Assembly: GCA_965228895.1 (NCBI GenBank)
Contig: OZ245842.1
Coordinates: forward strand, 3,968,001-4,032,000
DNA from: Alphaproteobacteria bacterium
GTDB lineage: Bacteria; Pseudomonadota; Alphaproteobacteria; SP197
Reading direction: 5' to 3'
Length of the DNA: 64,000 nucleotides
The notes beneath the pieces were generated by a model. That model ran no database searches and had not been told where the DNA came from. It was given only the letters and a program-made list of their open reading frames with translations. The position numbers and the translations under genes are program-made. Of this stretch, positions 37,471 through 47,969 are shown one piece after another. Position 1 is the stretch's first letter. Every line of letters starts with the position of its first letter.

Positions 37471-38231
37471 ATCCCGACCACCGGATCGCCGCCATTGGGA
37501 CACAATACCTGGCCGGTGTAGTAGGCGCCGCCGGGCGCCATCAAGAAGACGGCCGTGGCGGCGATCTCGTCCGGCGTCGCCCAGCGTTTGACCAGATTGT
37601 CTTGCGCTTCCTCATGGACCGCGTCGATGCCGTGCGCCAGTGTCATCGGCGTCATCACGACACCCGGCGCGATCGCGTTGACCAGGATGCCCGAGGGCGC
37701 CAACTCCTTGGCCCAGGCCTTGGTCAGGCCGATCAGCGCCGCCTTGGCACCCGAATAGTGCGACCCCAACGTGAAGCCGACCTGCCCCCGGTTCGATGCG
37801 ATGTTGACGATGCGCCCATAGTTCTGCCGCCTCATCCCCGGCACCACCATCTGGGTGACCTGAAAGGCGCCCTTCACGTGGACCGCGAACATACGGTCGA
37901 AGTCTTCCTCCGTGACGTCGACCAGCTCGCCCGGTCCCATCAGGCCGACGCCGGCGTTGTTGACCAGGAGATCGACATCGCCCTGTTCGGTAACAGCCTT
38001 GTCGAATGCCGCCTGCATCGCGGCCGCGTCGCGAATGTCGACAGGCATGGTCGCGACATCGACACCCAGCTCGCCAATCTCCGCCGCAGCCGCGGCAAGT
38101 TCGTCGGTCTTGATGTCGTGCAGGATAATCGAAGCGCCGTGTTCGGCCAGGCGATACGCGATGGCCTTGCCGATGCCGTCCGCCGAACCGGTCACCAAGG
38201 CGACCATGCCGACAAATTCGCGGCCGATCAT
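37467..38231 (-). CDS. SDR family oxidoreductase
   Basis: [17 protein letters not shown]; start overlaps the lysS stop. Confidence 0.92.
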   Translation of the reverse strand: MIGREFVGMVALVTGSADGIGKAIAYRLAEHGASIILHDIKTDELAAAAAEIGELGVDVATMPVDIRDAAAMQAAFDKAVTEQGDVDLLVNNAGVGLMGPGELVDVTEEDFDRMFAVHVKGAFQVTQMVVPGMRRQNYGRIVNIASNRGQVGFTLGSHYSGAKAALIGLTKAWAKELAPSGILVNAIAPGVVMTPMTLAHGIDAVHEEAQDNLVKRWATPDEIAATAVFLMAPGGAYYTGQVLCPNGGDPVVGI

Positions 38232-39832
38232 GCCGCCGGCGCGCCGCCCGCGACGAGGTCGCCACGCAAGGCCTCTTCGATCAGCGCCAGGGTTTCGCTC
38301 TTGCCATAGAGCGCCACGAACGAGCCGAAGCGCGGCCCCTGGCTCTGGCCGAGCAGCACCTCATAGAGCGCCTTGAACCAGGCGCGCAATGGATCGAACC
38401 CGTGCTCCTTACCGACCGCATAGACCTCGGTCTGAATGGTCTCGCTGTCCGCGTCGTCCGGCAGGGCGGCGATGCGTCCCGCCAGATCCTCCATGGCTTT
38501 GTGTTCCATGTCGGTGGCCGCGCGAAACACGCGCTCGGGCTTGACGATGTCCTGGTAATAGTTGACCGCCAGACCGGCGAGCTGGTCCAGCAACGGCGCG
38601 GTTTCCGCCGTCGTGCCCGGCAGGTAGCGGCTGATGAAACCCCACAAGACACTGCGGTCTTCGGCGTTGCACACACTCGCCAGGTTCAGCAGGACCGCGT
38701 AACTTAGCGGCTGTTCGTCAAGTGTCGGCTCGCCGTTGTGGATATGCCACAGCGGGTTGTCGATGCGCTTGGCGGGATCCTCGTCCTTGGCGTACTGCGC
38801 GGTATAGGCGGCGTAGTCGTCGACGTTCTTCGGGATGACATCGAAGAAGAGCTTTTTCGCTGTCCTCGGCTTCACGTACATGAAGAGCGACAGGCTGTCC
38901 TCGGTACCGTAGCGCAGCCACTCCTCGATGGTCAGGCCGTTGCCACGCGACTTCGAGATCTTTTCGCCGTTCTCGTCGAGGAAGAGCTCGTAGTGAAAAC
39001 CGGCCGGCGGGTTTCCGCCCAGGACCTTCAGGATGGTGTTGGCGACCTTGACCGAGTCGATCAGGTCCTTGCCCGACATTTCGTAGTCGACATCCAGGGC
39101 CTTCCAGCGCATCGCCCAGTCCGGGCGCCAGTTGAGCTTGCAGTGGCCGCCGGTGACCGGGACTTCAGTGACCGTGCCGTCCTCGTCCTCGAACGTAAAC
39201 GTGCCGGCTTCAGGATCCGTCGCGATCGTCGGCACCTGCAGAACCTTGCCGGTCTTTGGCGAGATCGGCAGGAACGGCGAATAGGTCTGGCGGCGCTCCT
39301 CGCGCAGCGTCTTCAGCATGATCGCCATGACGTCGTCGTAATGGCGCAGCACGTTTAGGAGTTCATCGTCGAAGCGGCCGCTGGTGTACCAGTCGGTCGA
39401 ACTCTGGAACTCGTACTCGAAACCGAACTGGTCCAGGAACGCGCGCAGGCGTGCGTTGTTGTGATGGCCGAAGCTTTCGTATTCGTTCGAGAAGGGATCG
39501 GGCACCTTGGTCAAAGGCTGGCCGATGTACTCCTCCATCATCGCCTTGTTCGGCACGTTATCCGGCACCTTGCGCAGGCCGTCCATGTCGTCGGAAAACG
39601 CGAACAGCCGCGTCGGCATGTCGCTCAAGACCGAGAACGCGTGACGCACCATGGTCGTGCGCACGACCTCGCCGAACGTACCGATATGCGGCAGGCCGGA
39701 GGGACCGTAGCCGGTCTCGAACAGCACGTAGCCTTTCTCCGGCAGCTTGCCGTCGAGCCGTTTGATCAGCTTGCGCGCTTCCTCGAACGGCCATGCCTTG
39801 CTGTCCTGGGCGAGCTCGCGAAGCGACGCCAT
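38228..39832 (-). CDS. lysS: Lysine--tRNA ligase, class I
   Basis: [15 protein letters not shown] (HIGH-like), KISKS, GPRFGSF. Confidence 0.96.
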   Translation of the reverse strand: MASLRELAQDSKAWPFEEARKLIKRLDGKLPEKGYVLFETGYGPSGLPHIGTFGEVVRTTMVRHAFSVLSDMPTRLFAFSDDMDGLRKVPDNVPNKAMMEEYIGQPLTKVPDPFSNEYESFGHHNNARLRAFLDQFGFEYEFQSSTDWYTSGRFDDELLNVLRHYDDVMAIMLKTLREERRQTYSPFLPISPKTGKVLQVPTIATDPEAGTFTFEDEDGTVTEVPVTGGHCKLNWRPDWAMRWKALDVDYEMSGKDLIDSVKVANTILKVLGGNPPAGFHYELFLDENGEKISKSRGNGLTIEEWLRYGTEDSLSLFMYVKPRTAKKLFFDVIPKNVDDYAAYTAQYAKDEDPAKRIDNPLWHIHNGEPTLDEQPLSYAVLLNLASVCNAEDRSVLWGFISRYLPGTTAETAPLLDQLAGLAVNYYQDIVKPERVFRAATDMEHKAMEDLAGRIAALPDDADSETIQTEVYAVGKEHGFDPLRAWFKALYEVLLGQSQGPRFGSFVALYGKSETLALIEEALRGDLVAGGAPAA

Positions 39833-39918
39833 CGGTCTGTCCTCCAAGTGTAGAAAGCGCGGCGGACCCTATGTGGATGGCGCCTGGGCGTCAATTGATT
39901 GCGATCACACGCCCGCCG

Positions 39919-40503
39919 TTAACCGTTGCCTCCCAGATCTTCGATCAGCCTGTAGTCGGTCGGCGGATCGGCGCACACGCCGGGCCCGCATTCGATCAGC
40001 GTCGAAACGGCGTTGCCCACCGTCAGCACCAGCATCAGGACGAAGGCGAACTTGGCGAGCTTGTGCCCGCCGAACTTTTCGTGGCCCGGCTGATCTTTCA
40101 GCGGCGTTTTGTACTGGCCTTCGAACAGCAGCATGACCGCGGTACCGACCAGCACCAGGAAGAACGCGATGCCGGCCCAGGTGTAGTAGTGCAGGCCCAG
40201 GAACGGCGAGCCATAGGCGCCGGTCCCCGGAATGATGTGCAAGAGGATCTGCCGGATTGAGACAGACATGCCAAACAGACCGCCGATCAGCATGATGCCG
40301 TAGTGGTGCGGTTTGGCGCCGTAGATCAGGTTGAGTGACAGGCCGAAGCCGACCGCGACCAGGCCTACCCGCTGCAACAGGCAGAGTGGGCACGGCAGCT
40401 CGTCGAGAGCAAACTGGAACGCGTAGGCCGCGATCAGGATGAAACAGATGACCAGCAGGCCGATGGCGTTCAGGGTCCGTGACGGATGGGGTGCAACAAT
40501 CAT
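39919..40503 (-). CDS. DsbB-family disulfide bond formation protein
   Basis: ELPCPLCLLQR, RQILLHI, YTWA. Confidence 0.88.
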   Translation of the reverse strand: MIVAPHPSRTLNAIGLLVICFILIAAYAFQFALDELPCPLCLLQRVGLVAVGFGLSLNLIYGAKPHHYGIMLIGGLFGMSVSIRQILLHIIPGTGAYGSPFLGLHYYTWAGIAFFLVLVGTAVMLLFEGQYKTPLKDQPGHEKFGGHKLAKFAFVLMLVLTVGNAVSTLIECGPGVCADPPTDYRLIEDLGGNG

Positions 40504-40513
40504 CGCCCGGCCC

Positions 40514-40669
40514 TCACAACTTGATCTCGAGCGTTGTCGTCGCGTGGTAGTCGAACCAGTAGATGCTCAACAGGATCGACACGGCGAACAACCAATAGGC
40601 CGACCGCCAGCGGTCGAACCAGGCCAGCACCATCGCTACCGCGAACAAGGCAAAGAGAAGCGCAATCAT
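40514..40669 (-). CDS. Small 51-aa two-TM protein upstream of DsbB-like gene (DUF5993-like)
   Basis: Manual translation MIALLFALFAVAMVLAWFDRWRSAYWLFAVSILLSIYWFDYHATTTLEIKL*; GAGG RBS; shorter than any ORF in the track. Confidence 0.75.
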   Translation of the reverse strand: MIALLFALFAVAMVLAWFDRWRSAYWLFAVSILLSIYWFDYHATTTLEIKL

Positions 40670-40823
40670 GACCTCACCCCCCACAGGATCCGTCTACCCC
40701 AAACAATCATAGCACGATACGTCACCGGTTCGCTCACCCGCACGCCGCGATCATGAGCGCGTGTGTCATGACACCGATGCCACGACGTGCTTACATCACC
40801 GTCTCCCAAGATCGGAAGGTCAC

Positions 40824-41183
40824 ATGACGCAACACGAAGGTGGCTGTCACTGCGGCAAGGTCCGGTTCCGAATCGCCGCGCCCGCGGACATCACGGTTCT
40901 CGACTGCACCTGCACGATTTGTCAGATGATCGGCTATCAGCATCTGATCGTGCCGACATCGGACTTTGAGCTGACCCAGGGTGAAGACAGCCTGACCCTC
41001 TATACCTTCAACACAGGCATCGCGAAGCACTACTTCTGCTCGGTGTGCGGCATCAAGTCGTTCTACATTCCGCGCTCCCATCCCAACGACGTCAGCGTCA
41101 ACGCCCGGTGTCTGGATCCCGGCACCGTCACCAGCGTGACGACCAAGGTGTTCGACGACGCCACGCGGTCGATTCAGGATTGA
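40824..41183 (+). CDS. GFA/CENP-V family protein
   Basis: GGCHCG, CTCTIC, FCSVCG, VNARCL. Confidence 0.9.
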   Translation: MTQHEGGCHCGKVRFRIAAPADITVLDCTCTICQMIGYQHLIVPTSDFELTQGEDSLTLYTFNTGIAKHYFCSVCGIKSFYIPRSHPNDVSVNARCLDPGTVTSVTTKVFDDATRSIQD

Positions 41184-41283
41184 GTTCTTGCCGGCAGCGG
41201 AGCCTGCCAGCAGACAACGAGCATGATGGGCGAGGCCTTCGTTTCGGCTGGCCCTCGGCATGCTGACGCTATAGTGCTGACCC

Positions 41284-44016
41284 ATGCTGCATGACCACGA
41301 ATCCCTGACCGGTCCGCGTCCCGCCGATGTTCTTGTCGCCGGCGCCAGCGGTGCGCTGTTGCTGAACGGCGATGGCGAGATCGACGAGCTGACCGCAGCC
41401 GACGCGCGCCGGCGCTGGGAAGCCGGTCCGGCGCCGCTGGTCTGTCATGCCGCGTCGTTGCGCCGGCGCATCGGCGCACGCGATGCGCCCGCGCTCGATC
41501 TGCTGGAACTGTGGGCGTTCGTGCGCCCGGCCCAGTTCTGTGTCCCCACACCGCACGGCCTTGCCGAAGCCTTGGCCGTTGCACTGCCTCGCGATCTCGC
41601 CGACCAGGCGCTTGTGTTGCGACGCGCCGCGCAGATCCTGCTCGATGACCTTCTTGGCCTCGTTGCCGACGAACGGGACAAGGCCCAGGCGGTCGCTGCC
41701 GCCATGGGGCGCGGCGGCTGGCTGTGGGCGGACGCCGTGCTGTTCGCCTTGCGCGCAGAAACCACGGTCCGGGCCGGCCTGGATGTCTGGCATCAGATCG
41801 ACGAATGGGACGAGACGGCGCCGCGCACGCCGCCTGGCCATCATCCGGTCACCGACGAGGAAGCCCGGTTGCGTCTTGCCGAACTGCTCGGCGATGGCGC
41901 GGAAGCCAGGCCCCAGCAGGCCGACTATGCGGCGGCCCTCGTCCCGGCCTTCCAGCCGCGCGAACGGGCCGGTCATCCCCATGCGGTCTTGGCCGAGGCC
42001 GGGACCGGCGTTGGCAAGACACTCGGCTATATCGCGCCGGCCAGCGTGTGGGCGCAGAAGAACGACGGTGCCGTCTGGATCAGCACCTACACCAAGAACC
42101 TGCAGCGTCAGGTCGACCAGGAACTCGATCGTCTGTTTCCCGATCCCGCCGCCAAATCGCGCCGCGTTGTCGTGCGCAAGGGCCGCGAGAACTATCTGTG
42201 CCTGCTGAATCTAGAGAACGCCGTCCAGGCCCTTGGCGGCCGGACCTCCGATGCTGTGGCGCTGGGCCTTGTCGCGCGTTGGGCGGTGGCGACCCGTGAC
42301 GGCGACATGGTCGGTGGCGACTTTCCTTCCTGGCTGACCGACTTGATGGGCACCCGACGCACGCTGGCGCTGACTGATCAGCGCGGCGAGTGCATCTATT
42401 CGGCCTGCCCGCACTACCGGCGCTGCTATGTCGAGCGCTCGATCCGCAAGGCGCGACGCGCCGATATTGTCGTCGCCAACCACGCCTTGGTGCTGATCCA
42501 GGCCGCCATGGCCGACGACGACAACGACGGCCTGCTACCGACACGCTATGTGTTCGACGAGGGGCATCATCTGTTCGACGCCGCCGACGGTGCCTTCTCC
42601 GCCCACATCACCGGCATGGAAGGCGCGGAGCTGCGTCGCTGGATCCTGGGCGCCGAAGGCCGTCGCACCCGGGCGCGCGGTCTGGAACGCCGGGTCTCCG
42701 ACCTGATCGACGATGAGGGGCTTGAGCACCTTCAGGCCGCGCTGAAAGCGGCGCGCTGTCTGCCCGCCGAAGGCTGGCGTCAGCGTCTGGTCGATGAGGT
42801 GCCGCGCACGCCCGCAGAGAAGTTCCTGGCCCATATCCGCCGCCAGGTTCTGGCACGCGTCGGCGAGGATGACCGGGGCTATGGGCTTGAGTGCCAGGTG
42901 ACACCCGCGGTCGACGGCTTGATCGACGCGGCGCGTGCCCTGGACGGCGCCCTACAGGAGCTTGCAGAGCCTTTGCTGCGGCTGGCGCAGAACATCAAGA
43001 CCCAGCTGGACGACAACGCCGACACGCTGGAGACATCGACCCGCGTTCGTATGGAGGCGATGATCCGTGGCCTCAAGCGGCGCGGCATCGTCACATTGGC
43101 GGCGTGGCGGCGCATGCTGGCCGAACTGGAGCAGGAGACGCCGGAGGTGTTCGTTGATTGGTTCAGCCTGGACCGCATCGATGGGCGCGAGCTTGATGTC
43201 GGCATGCACCGGCACTGGCGTGACCCCGGCCTGCCCTTTGCCAATCATGTCGCCGAACGCAGCCACGGTCTGATCGTCACGTCGGCGACCCTGCGCGACC
43301 GCGCCGGCGACGAGGAAACCGACGACTGGGATTCAGCACGACTGCGCACCGGCCTGCGTCACCTCGCCGAACCGGCCGATGTCGCGGAGGTGCCCTCGCC
43401 CTTCGACTACGCCGAACAGACACGCGTCTATGTCATCACCGATGTCGGCCGCAACCAACCCGATCAGGTTGCCGCTGCCTACCGCGAGTTGTTCAAGGCG
43501 TCTGGCGGCGGCGCGCTCGGCCTGTTCACCGCCATCAGCCGCCTGCGCCGGGTGCACAAGGGGATGGCGGCCGACCTGGATGCCGCCGGTCTGACGCTCT
43601 ATGCCCAGCATGTCGACGCCATGGACACGGGCACCCTGGTCGACATTTTCCGCGCCGAGACCGATTCCTGCCTGTTGGGCACCGACGCGGTGCGCGACGG
43701 CGTCGATGTGCCCGGCCGCTCCCTGCGCCTCGTCGTCTTCGACCGCGTGCCCTGGCCGCGCCCGGATATCGTGCACAAGGCCCGGCGCGAGGTCTTCGGC
43801 GGCAACCGCTATGACGATCTTTTGACCCGGCTACGGCTGCGCCAGGCCTTCGGGCGCCTGGTCCGCCGGGGCGACGACAAAGGCGTCTTCGTCATGCTCG
43901 ATAAGGCCCTGCCCTCAAGGCTACTGACCGCGTTTCCCGCCGAAGTCGAGGTCGAGCGTATTGGCCTGGCTCAGGCAGTTGGTGAAATCGCCGAATTCCT
44001 GGCAAAAACGCCCTGA
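41284..44016 (+). CDS. dinG: DinG-family ATP-dependent DNA helicase
   Basis: EAGTGVGKT, KGRENYLC, CIYSACPHYRRC Fe-S cysteines, DEGHH, TSATL, QAFGRLVR. Confidence 0.92.
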   Translation: MLHDHESLTGPRPADVLVAGASGALLLNGDGEIDELTAADARRRWEAGPAPLVCHAASLRRRIGARDAPALDLLELWAFVRPAQFCVPTPHGLAEALAVALPRDLADQALVLRRAAQILLDDLLGLVADERDKAQAVAAAMGRGGWLWADAVLFALRAETTVRAGLDVWHQIDEWDETAPRTPPGHHPVTDEEARLRLAELLGDGAEARPQQADYAAALVPAFQPRERAGHPHAVLAEAGTGVGKTLGYIAPASVWAQKNDGAVWISTYTKNLQRQVDQELDRLFPDPAAKSRRVVVRKGRENYLCLLNLENAVQALGGRTSDAVALGLVARWAVATRDGDMVGGDFPSWLTDLMGTRRTLALTDQRGECIYSACPHYRRCYVERSIRKARRADIVVANHALVLIQAAMADDDNDGLLPTRYVFDEGHHLFDAADGAFSAHITGMEGAELRRWILGAEGRRTRARGLERRVSDLIDDEGLEHLQAALKAARCLPAEGWRQRLVDEVPRTPAEKFLAHIRRQVLARVGEDDRGYGLECQVTPAVDGLIDAARALDGALQELAEPLLRLAQNIKTQLDDNADTLETSTRVRMEAMIRGLKRRGIVTLAAWRRMLAELEQETPEVFVDWFSLDRIDGRELDVGMHRHWRDPGLPFANHVAERSHGLIVTSATLRDRAGDEETDDWDSARLRTGLRHLAEPADVAEVPSPFDYAEQTRVYVITDVGRNQPDQVAAAYRELFKASGGGALGLFTAISRLRRVHKGMAADLDAAGLTLYAQHVDAMDTGTLVDIFRAETDSCLLGTDAVRDGVDVPGRSLRLVVFDRVPWPRPDIVHKARREVFGGNRYDDLLTRLRLRQAFGRLVRRGDDKGVFVMLDKALPSRLLTAFPAEVEVERIGLAQAVGEIAEFLAKTP

Positions 44017-44154
44017 TTCGACTGCCCTCGACAAGGGGCCACGCAATACCTACATTCCGCCCCGAGGCCGCTCAACATCACGTGCTTAGAGCGGTTCTGC
44101 TATCTGTTCCAGGGGACACCCCGTCAACACCTTCAAAGAGGTTAGCGACGCGCC

Positions 44155-44565
44155 ATGACGCAGCTCGACCAACACGCCGCGCTTATCTACACCATGGTCA
44201 TGGTGTCGGCGGCCGACAGCAACATGACCGACAGCGAACTGCAGACCATCGGCGACATCGTCCGCCGGCTGCCGGTCTTCAAGGACTTCAACGAAGAAGA
44301 GTTGCCCAAGATCGCCCAGTCATGCGCGACCATGCTGAACGAAGACGATGGCTTCGAGACTGTGCTGACCGTCATCTTCGAAGCGCTGCCGGCCAAACTG
44401 CGGGAAACTGCTTATGCGTTGGCTTGTGACGTCGCGGCAGCCGATCTCGATATCGTGGAATCGGAAATGACGATCCTGCAGCAACTGCGCTGGCGCCTCA
44501 GCATCGACCGCCTGACCGCCGCCGCCATCGAACGCGGCGCTCGCGCCCGGTTTCAGACGGCCTGA
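44155..44565 (+). CDS. TerB-family (tellurite resistance-like) protein
   Basis: MVMVSAAD...E, ETAYALACDVAAAD, AAAIERG. Confidence 0.85.
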   Translation: MTQLDQHAALIYTMVMVSAADSNMTDSELQTIGDIVRRLPVFKDFNEEELPKIAQSCATMLNEDDGFETVLTVIFEALPAKLRETAYALACDVAAADLDIVESEMTILQQLRWRLSIDRLTAAAIERGARARFQTA

Positions 44566-44671
44566 CCCGACCCGGCCGGGGCTGAACAACACGGCGGGGC
44601 GACCCGCGCGCAGTGGTTGCGGACAGATAGTTTTGATACACTCCACGCGAAAGCAGGCGCGGAGTGAACAT

Positions 44672-45268
44672 ATGGGATCAAAGTCGGGTCGACTTGTCAT
44701 TGTCCTGCTGTTGCCGATGCTGCTGTCGGGTTGCGGCATCAATGACATTCCAACATACGAGGAACAGGCCAAAGCCGCCTGGGCTCAAGTCGAGAATCAG
44801 TATCAGCGCCGTGCCGACCTGATCCCCAATCTGGTCGAGACGGTGAAGGCCTTCGCCGCGCAGGAACAGGAGGTACTGACGGCTGTCACGGAGGCGCGGG
44901 CATCCGCAAGCCAGGTCAATGTAACTGCTGACATGCTGACCAATCCCGATGCGTTTCGCGCCTTCGAAGCGGCACAGGCGGATTTGACCTCGGCGCTCTC
45001 TCGCTTGCTCGTCACGGTCGAGGCCTATCCACAGCTGACCTCGAACCAGAACTTCCTCGCCCTGCAGTCGCAGATCGAAGGCACGGAGAATCGCATCGCC
45101 GTCGCCAGGCGCGACTACATCGAGGCGGTCCGGCTCTACAACACCGAGCTCAGAACGATTCCGGGACGCTGGTGGAAAGCCCTGGTGTACCCGGACGCCG
45201 AACCGATGGCGACGTTCTCCGCCGATCCCGAGAGCTCCGCGGTCCCCGAAGTCGACTTCAGTTCCTGA
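44672..45268 (+). CDS. lemA: LemA family protein
   Basis: LSGC lipobox, YQRRADLIPNLVETVK, EGTENRIAVAR. Confidence 0.93.
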   Translation: MGSKSGRLVIVLLLPMLLSGCGINDIPTYEEQAKAAWAQVENQYQRRADLIPNLVETVKAFAAQEQEVLTAVTEARASASQVNVTADMLTNPDAFRAFEAAQADLTSALSRLLVTVEAYPQLTSNQNFLALQSQIEGTENRIAVARRDYIEAVRLYNTELRTIPGRWWKALVYPDAEPMATFSADPESSAVPEVDFSS

Positions 45269-45296
45269 AGCCAGCCGGTAGGAGAACGAGGACGCC

Positions 45297-45914
45297 GTGG
45301 CCCTTCTTACCGAAGTCGACCGCAAGCGCATTCGCGATGCGGTTGAAGCCGCCGAAGACGCAACGGCCGGCGAATTCGTCACGGTCATCGCACGGCGCGC
45401 CGATACGTATCCTTTCATTCCCCTGATCGTGGCGGCGTTGGTGACGCTGTTGGTGTCTGGATTGGCTTTGATCGTCTGGCCCACCCTGTCCGCCGGTCAA
45501 CTCTATGTCGGCCAAGTCATCTTGTTCGTCCTGCTTGCCCTGGTTTTTCGCTGGCCGCCCCTGACCATCCTGCTGATCCCGAAGGCGATAAGGCAGGCGC
45601 GGGCCAGTAGACTGGCGCGGGAGCTCTTCATGCGCCTCGAACTCTCCGCGACGGAGGAGCGGACGGGCGTCATGCTGTTTGTCTCCGCGGCCGAACACTA
45701 TGTCGAAATCATCGCTGATCGCGGCGTGCATCAGCATGTCAGCAACGAGGATTGGCAACACATCGTCGATGGTTTCATCAAAAGAGTACGCGCAGGTGCC
45801 GTCGCGGACGGGTTTGTCGAGGCGATCGACGCCTGCGTAGCCTTGATGGCGCACCACCTGCCGCCTCGCCCGGGACAGCAAAACAGGCTGCCCGATCACC
45901 TGATCGAAATCTGA
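45297..45914 (+). CDS. TPM-domain membrane protein
   Basis: AEDATAGE, TGVMLFVSAAEHYVEIIADRG, NRLPD. Confidence 0.88.
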   Translation: MALLTEVDRKRIRDAVEAAEDATAGEFVTVIARRADTYPFIPLIVAALVTLLVSGLALIVWPTLSAGQLYVGQVILFVLLALVFRWPPLTILLIPKAIRQARASRLARELFMRLELSATEERTGVMLFVSAAEHYVEIIADRGVHQHVSNEDWQHIVDGFIKRVRAGAVADGFVEAIDACVALMAHHLPPRPGQQNRLPDHLIEI

Positions 45915-45915
45915 C

Positions 45916-46845
45916 ATGCAGCGCACCATTGCAGTCGGCCTCACCGTGCTCGCCTGCCTGAGCTTAGGCGTCACGACGGCAGCAGCGCTCGACTTTCCAG
46001 ACTTGAGCGGGCGCGTCGTCGACCAGGCGGACTTGCTCGACGATCCGATGGAACGGTACCTGACGAGCCTGTCAGCACAGCATGAATCCGTGACCAGCAA
46101 TCAGGTCGTAATCGTTACGCTTCCTTCGCTGCAGGGAACATCGATCGAGGACTTCGGCTACCAGCTTGGCCGACACTGGGAGATCGGCCAGGCCGAAGCT
46201 GATAACGGATTGCTGCTGATCGTGGCGCCCAACGAGAAGAAAGTCAGAATTGAGGTTGGCTACGGTCTCGAAGGCGTCATGACGGACGCCATCGCGCGAA
46301 CCATCATCGAGACGGAGATCCTACCGCACTTCCGCGCTGGCGATTTCCAACGCGGCGTTGCCGACGGTGCCGCGTCGATCATCGCAGTCCTGGAGGGCAC
46401 TTCGACCTATAAGCCAATCGAACCAGTCAGCACGGCGCAGGATGACAACCTGTTCAATTGGGTCGGCACCTCTGCGGCGATCGTCTTTTTCGTTCTAATC
46501 ATGCTGCTCCTTGGCATCATCAGCCTCGAGCCCTACAGGCGGGGCTACTTCCTTTACCTCAAGTACGTTCGCGGCCAGTCCGATCTGCGCTTCGCCTGGT
46601 ACGAGGGGTGGCTCGCCTGGCGACGAGAAGCCGGCTATCTGAGAAGCAAGTACTATCCGGTGACGGCGTCCGGGCCCCCCGACGATGGCGGACCCGACTT
46701 CTACTCTTCCGGCGAGAGTTCGGGCAGCGGTTTCTCCATCCGCTCCTCCTCCGGCGGCGGGTTCCGCGTCGGCGGTTCCCGCGGCGGCGGGTTCCGCGGT
46801 GGCGGCGGCGGCTTCGGTGGTGGCGGCGCATCGGGAGGATGGTAG
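45916..46845 (+). CDS. TPM-domain protein (YgcG-like) with Gly-rich tail
   Basis: RVVDQADLL, RIEVGYGLEG, GGGGFGGGGASGGW. Confidence 0.9.
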   Translation: MQRTIAVGLTVLACLSLGVTTAAALDFPDLSGRVVDQADLLDDPMERYLTSLSAQHESVTSNQVVIVTLPSLQGTSIEDFGYQLGRHWEIGQAEADNGLLLIVAPNEKKVRIEVGYGLEGVMTDAIARTIIETEILPHFRAGDFQRGVADGAASIIAVLEGTSTYKPIEPVSTAQDDNLFNWVGTSAAIVFFVLIMLLLGIISLEPYRRGYFLYLKYVRGQSDLRFAWYEGWLAWRREAGYLRSKYYPVTASGPPDDGGPDFYSSGESSGSGFSIRSSSGGGFRVGGSRGGGFRGGGGGFGGGGASGGW

Positions 46846-46877
46846 CTTCTTAACGTGATTTGCCGAGGACTTTGACC

Positions 46878-47969
46878 ATGACAGCACCCAGCACGTTCTT
46901 TTCCACCAGCTATGCCGAGGCACGGCAGAAGTTTCTCGACGCTGCGTCATCAGCCGGCCTAGATGCTGAACATCACGTCAACCCCAACAAGGGCATGGCG
47001 GGCGAGGAGATCGCCACCGATGTCGTGCGCATCGGGCCTGACGACGCCGGCATCGTGTTCTTTACGATGTCCGCAACCCATGGCGTCGAAGGGTTTTGCG
47101 GCTCCGGCGCCCAGGTCGGCACGCTGGCGTCGGGTCAGGCGGACGAGCTGCCCGACGACACGGCGATGGTGCTGATCCATGCGATCAACCCCCACGGCTT
47201 TTCCTGGCTGCGCCGGGTCAACGAGGACAATGTCGACCTGAACCGCAACCACGTCGACCATGCCGCGCCCTACCCGCAAAACCCGGGCTATGAGCACCTG
47301 ATGCACGCCATCTGTCCGGCCGAGTGGTCGGACGCCGCGCGCGCCGAGGCCGACGCGATCCTGCAAGCCTATGCGGACGAGCACGGCGACATGGCGCTCC
47401 AGGGCGCAATCTCTCGGGGTCAGCATGTGCACCCGGAAGGCCTCTTCTTCGGCGGCCAGTTCGAGATCTGGTCGACCGGTCGGATGCACGACATCGTCTC
47501 ACGCCATGCCGCGAACGCGCGCCATGTCGGTTTCATCGACTATCACACCGGCCTCGGCCCCTATGGTTATGGCGAACCGATTTCCGATCACGCGCCAGAC
47601 GAACCCGGACACCAGCGCCTGACGGACTGGATCGGCGACGACGTAACGTCGACCGATGACGGTTCGTCGACATCGGCGCCTTTGACCGGCGTCAATGCCG
47701 TGACCATCAAGGAAGCCTCACCGCACGCCAGCCATACGCTCGTAACGCTGGAGTACGGCACCCAGCCGGTGCCGGAAGTCCTGGGCGCGCTGCGCGCCGA
47801 CTGCTGGCTGCATAACCACGGCGACCTCGACAGCGACCAGGGCCGCGCCATCAAGGCCGAGATCCGCCGCTGTTTCTACGGCGACGACGACGCCTGGAAA
47901 CGTGACGTCTGGGATCGCGCCCACGACACTCAGCGCCGCATGCTCGCCGGCCTGGCGGCGATGGGTTAG
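46878..47969 (+). CDS. DUF2817 / M14-like metallopeptidase
   Basis: SATHGVEGFCGS, NEDNVDLNRN, DYHTGLG, LEYGT. Confidence 0.85.
   Translation: MTAPSTFFSTSYAEARQKFLDAASSAGLDAEHHVNPNKGMAGEEIATDVVRIGPDDAGIVFFTMSATHGVEGFCGSGAQVGTLASGQADELPDDTAMVLIHAINPHGFSWLRRVNEDNVDLNRNHVDHAAPYPQNPGYEHLMHAICPAEWSDAARAEADAILQAYADEHGDMALQGAISRGQHVHPEGLFFGGQFEIWSTGRMHDIVSRHAANARHVGFIDYHTGLGPYGYGEPISDHAPDEPGHQRLTDWIGDDVTSTDDGSSTSAPLTGVNAVTIKEASPHASHTLVTLEYGTQPVPEVLGALRADCWLHNHGDLDSDQGRAIKAEIRRCFYGDDDAWKRDVWDRAHDTQRRMLAGLAAMG

Noticed and set aside
41284-44565. DinG + TerB as a defence or type IV CRISPR module
   Set aside because: No cas genes or array; this looks like the ordinary chromosomal DinG of alphaproteobacteria.
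46720-46845. GGC-rich tandem-like repeats
   Set aside because: Encodes the ordinary Gly-rich tail of a TPM-domain protein.
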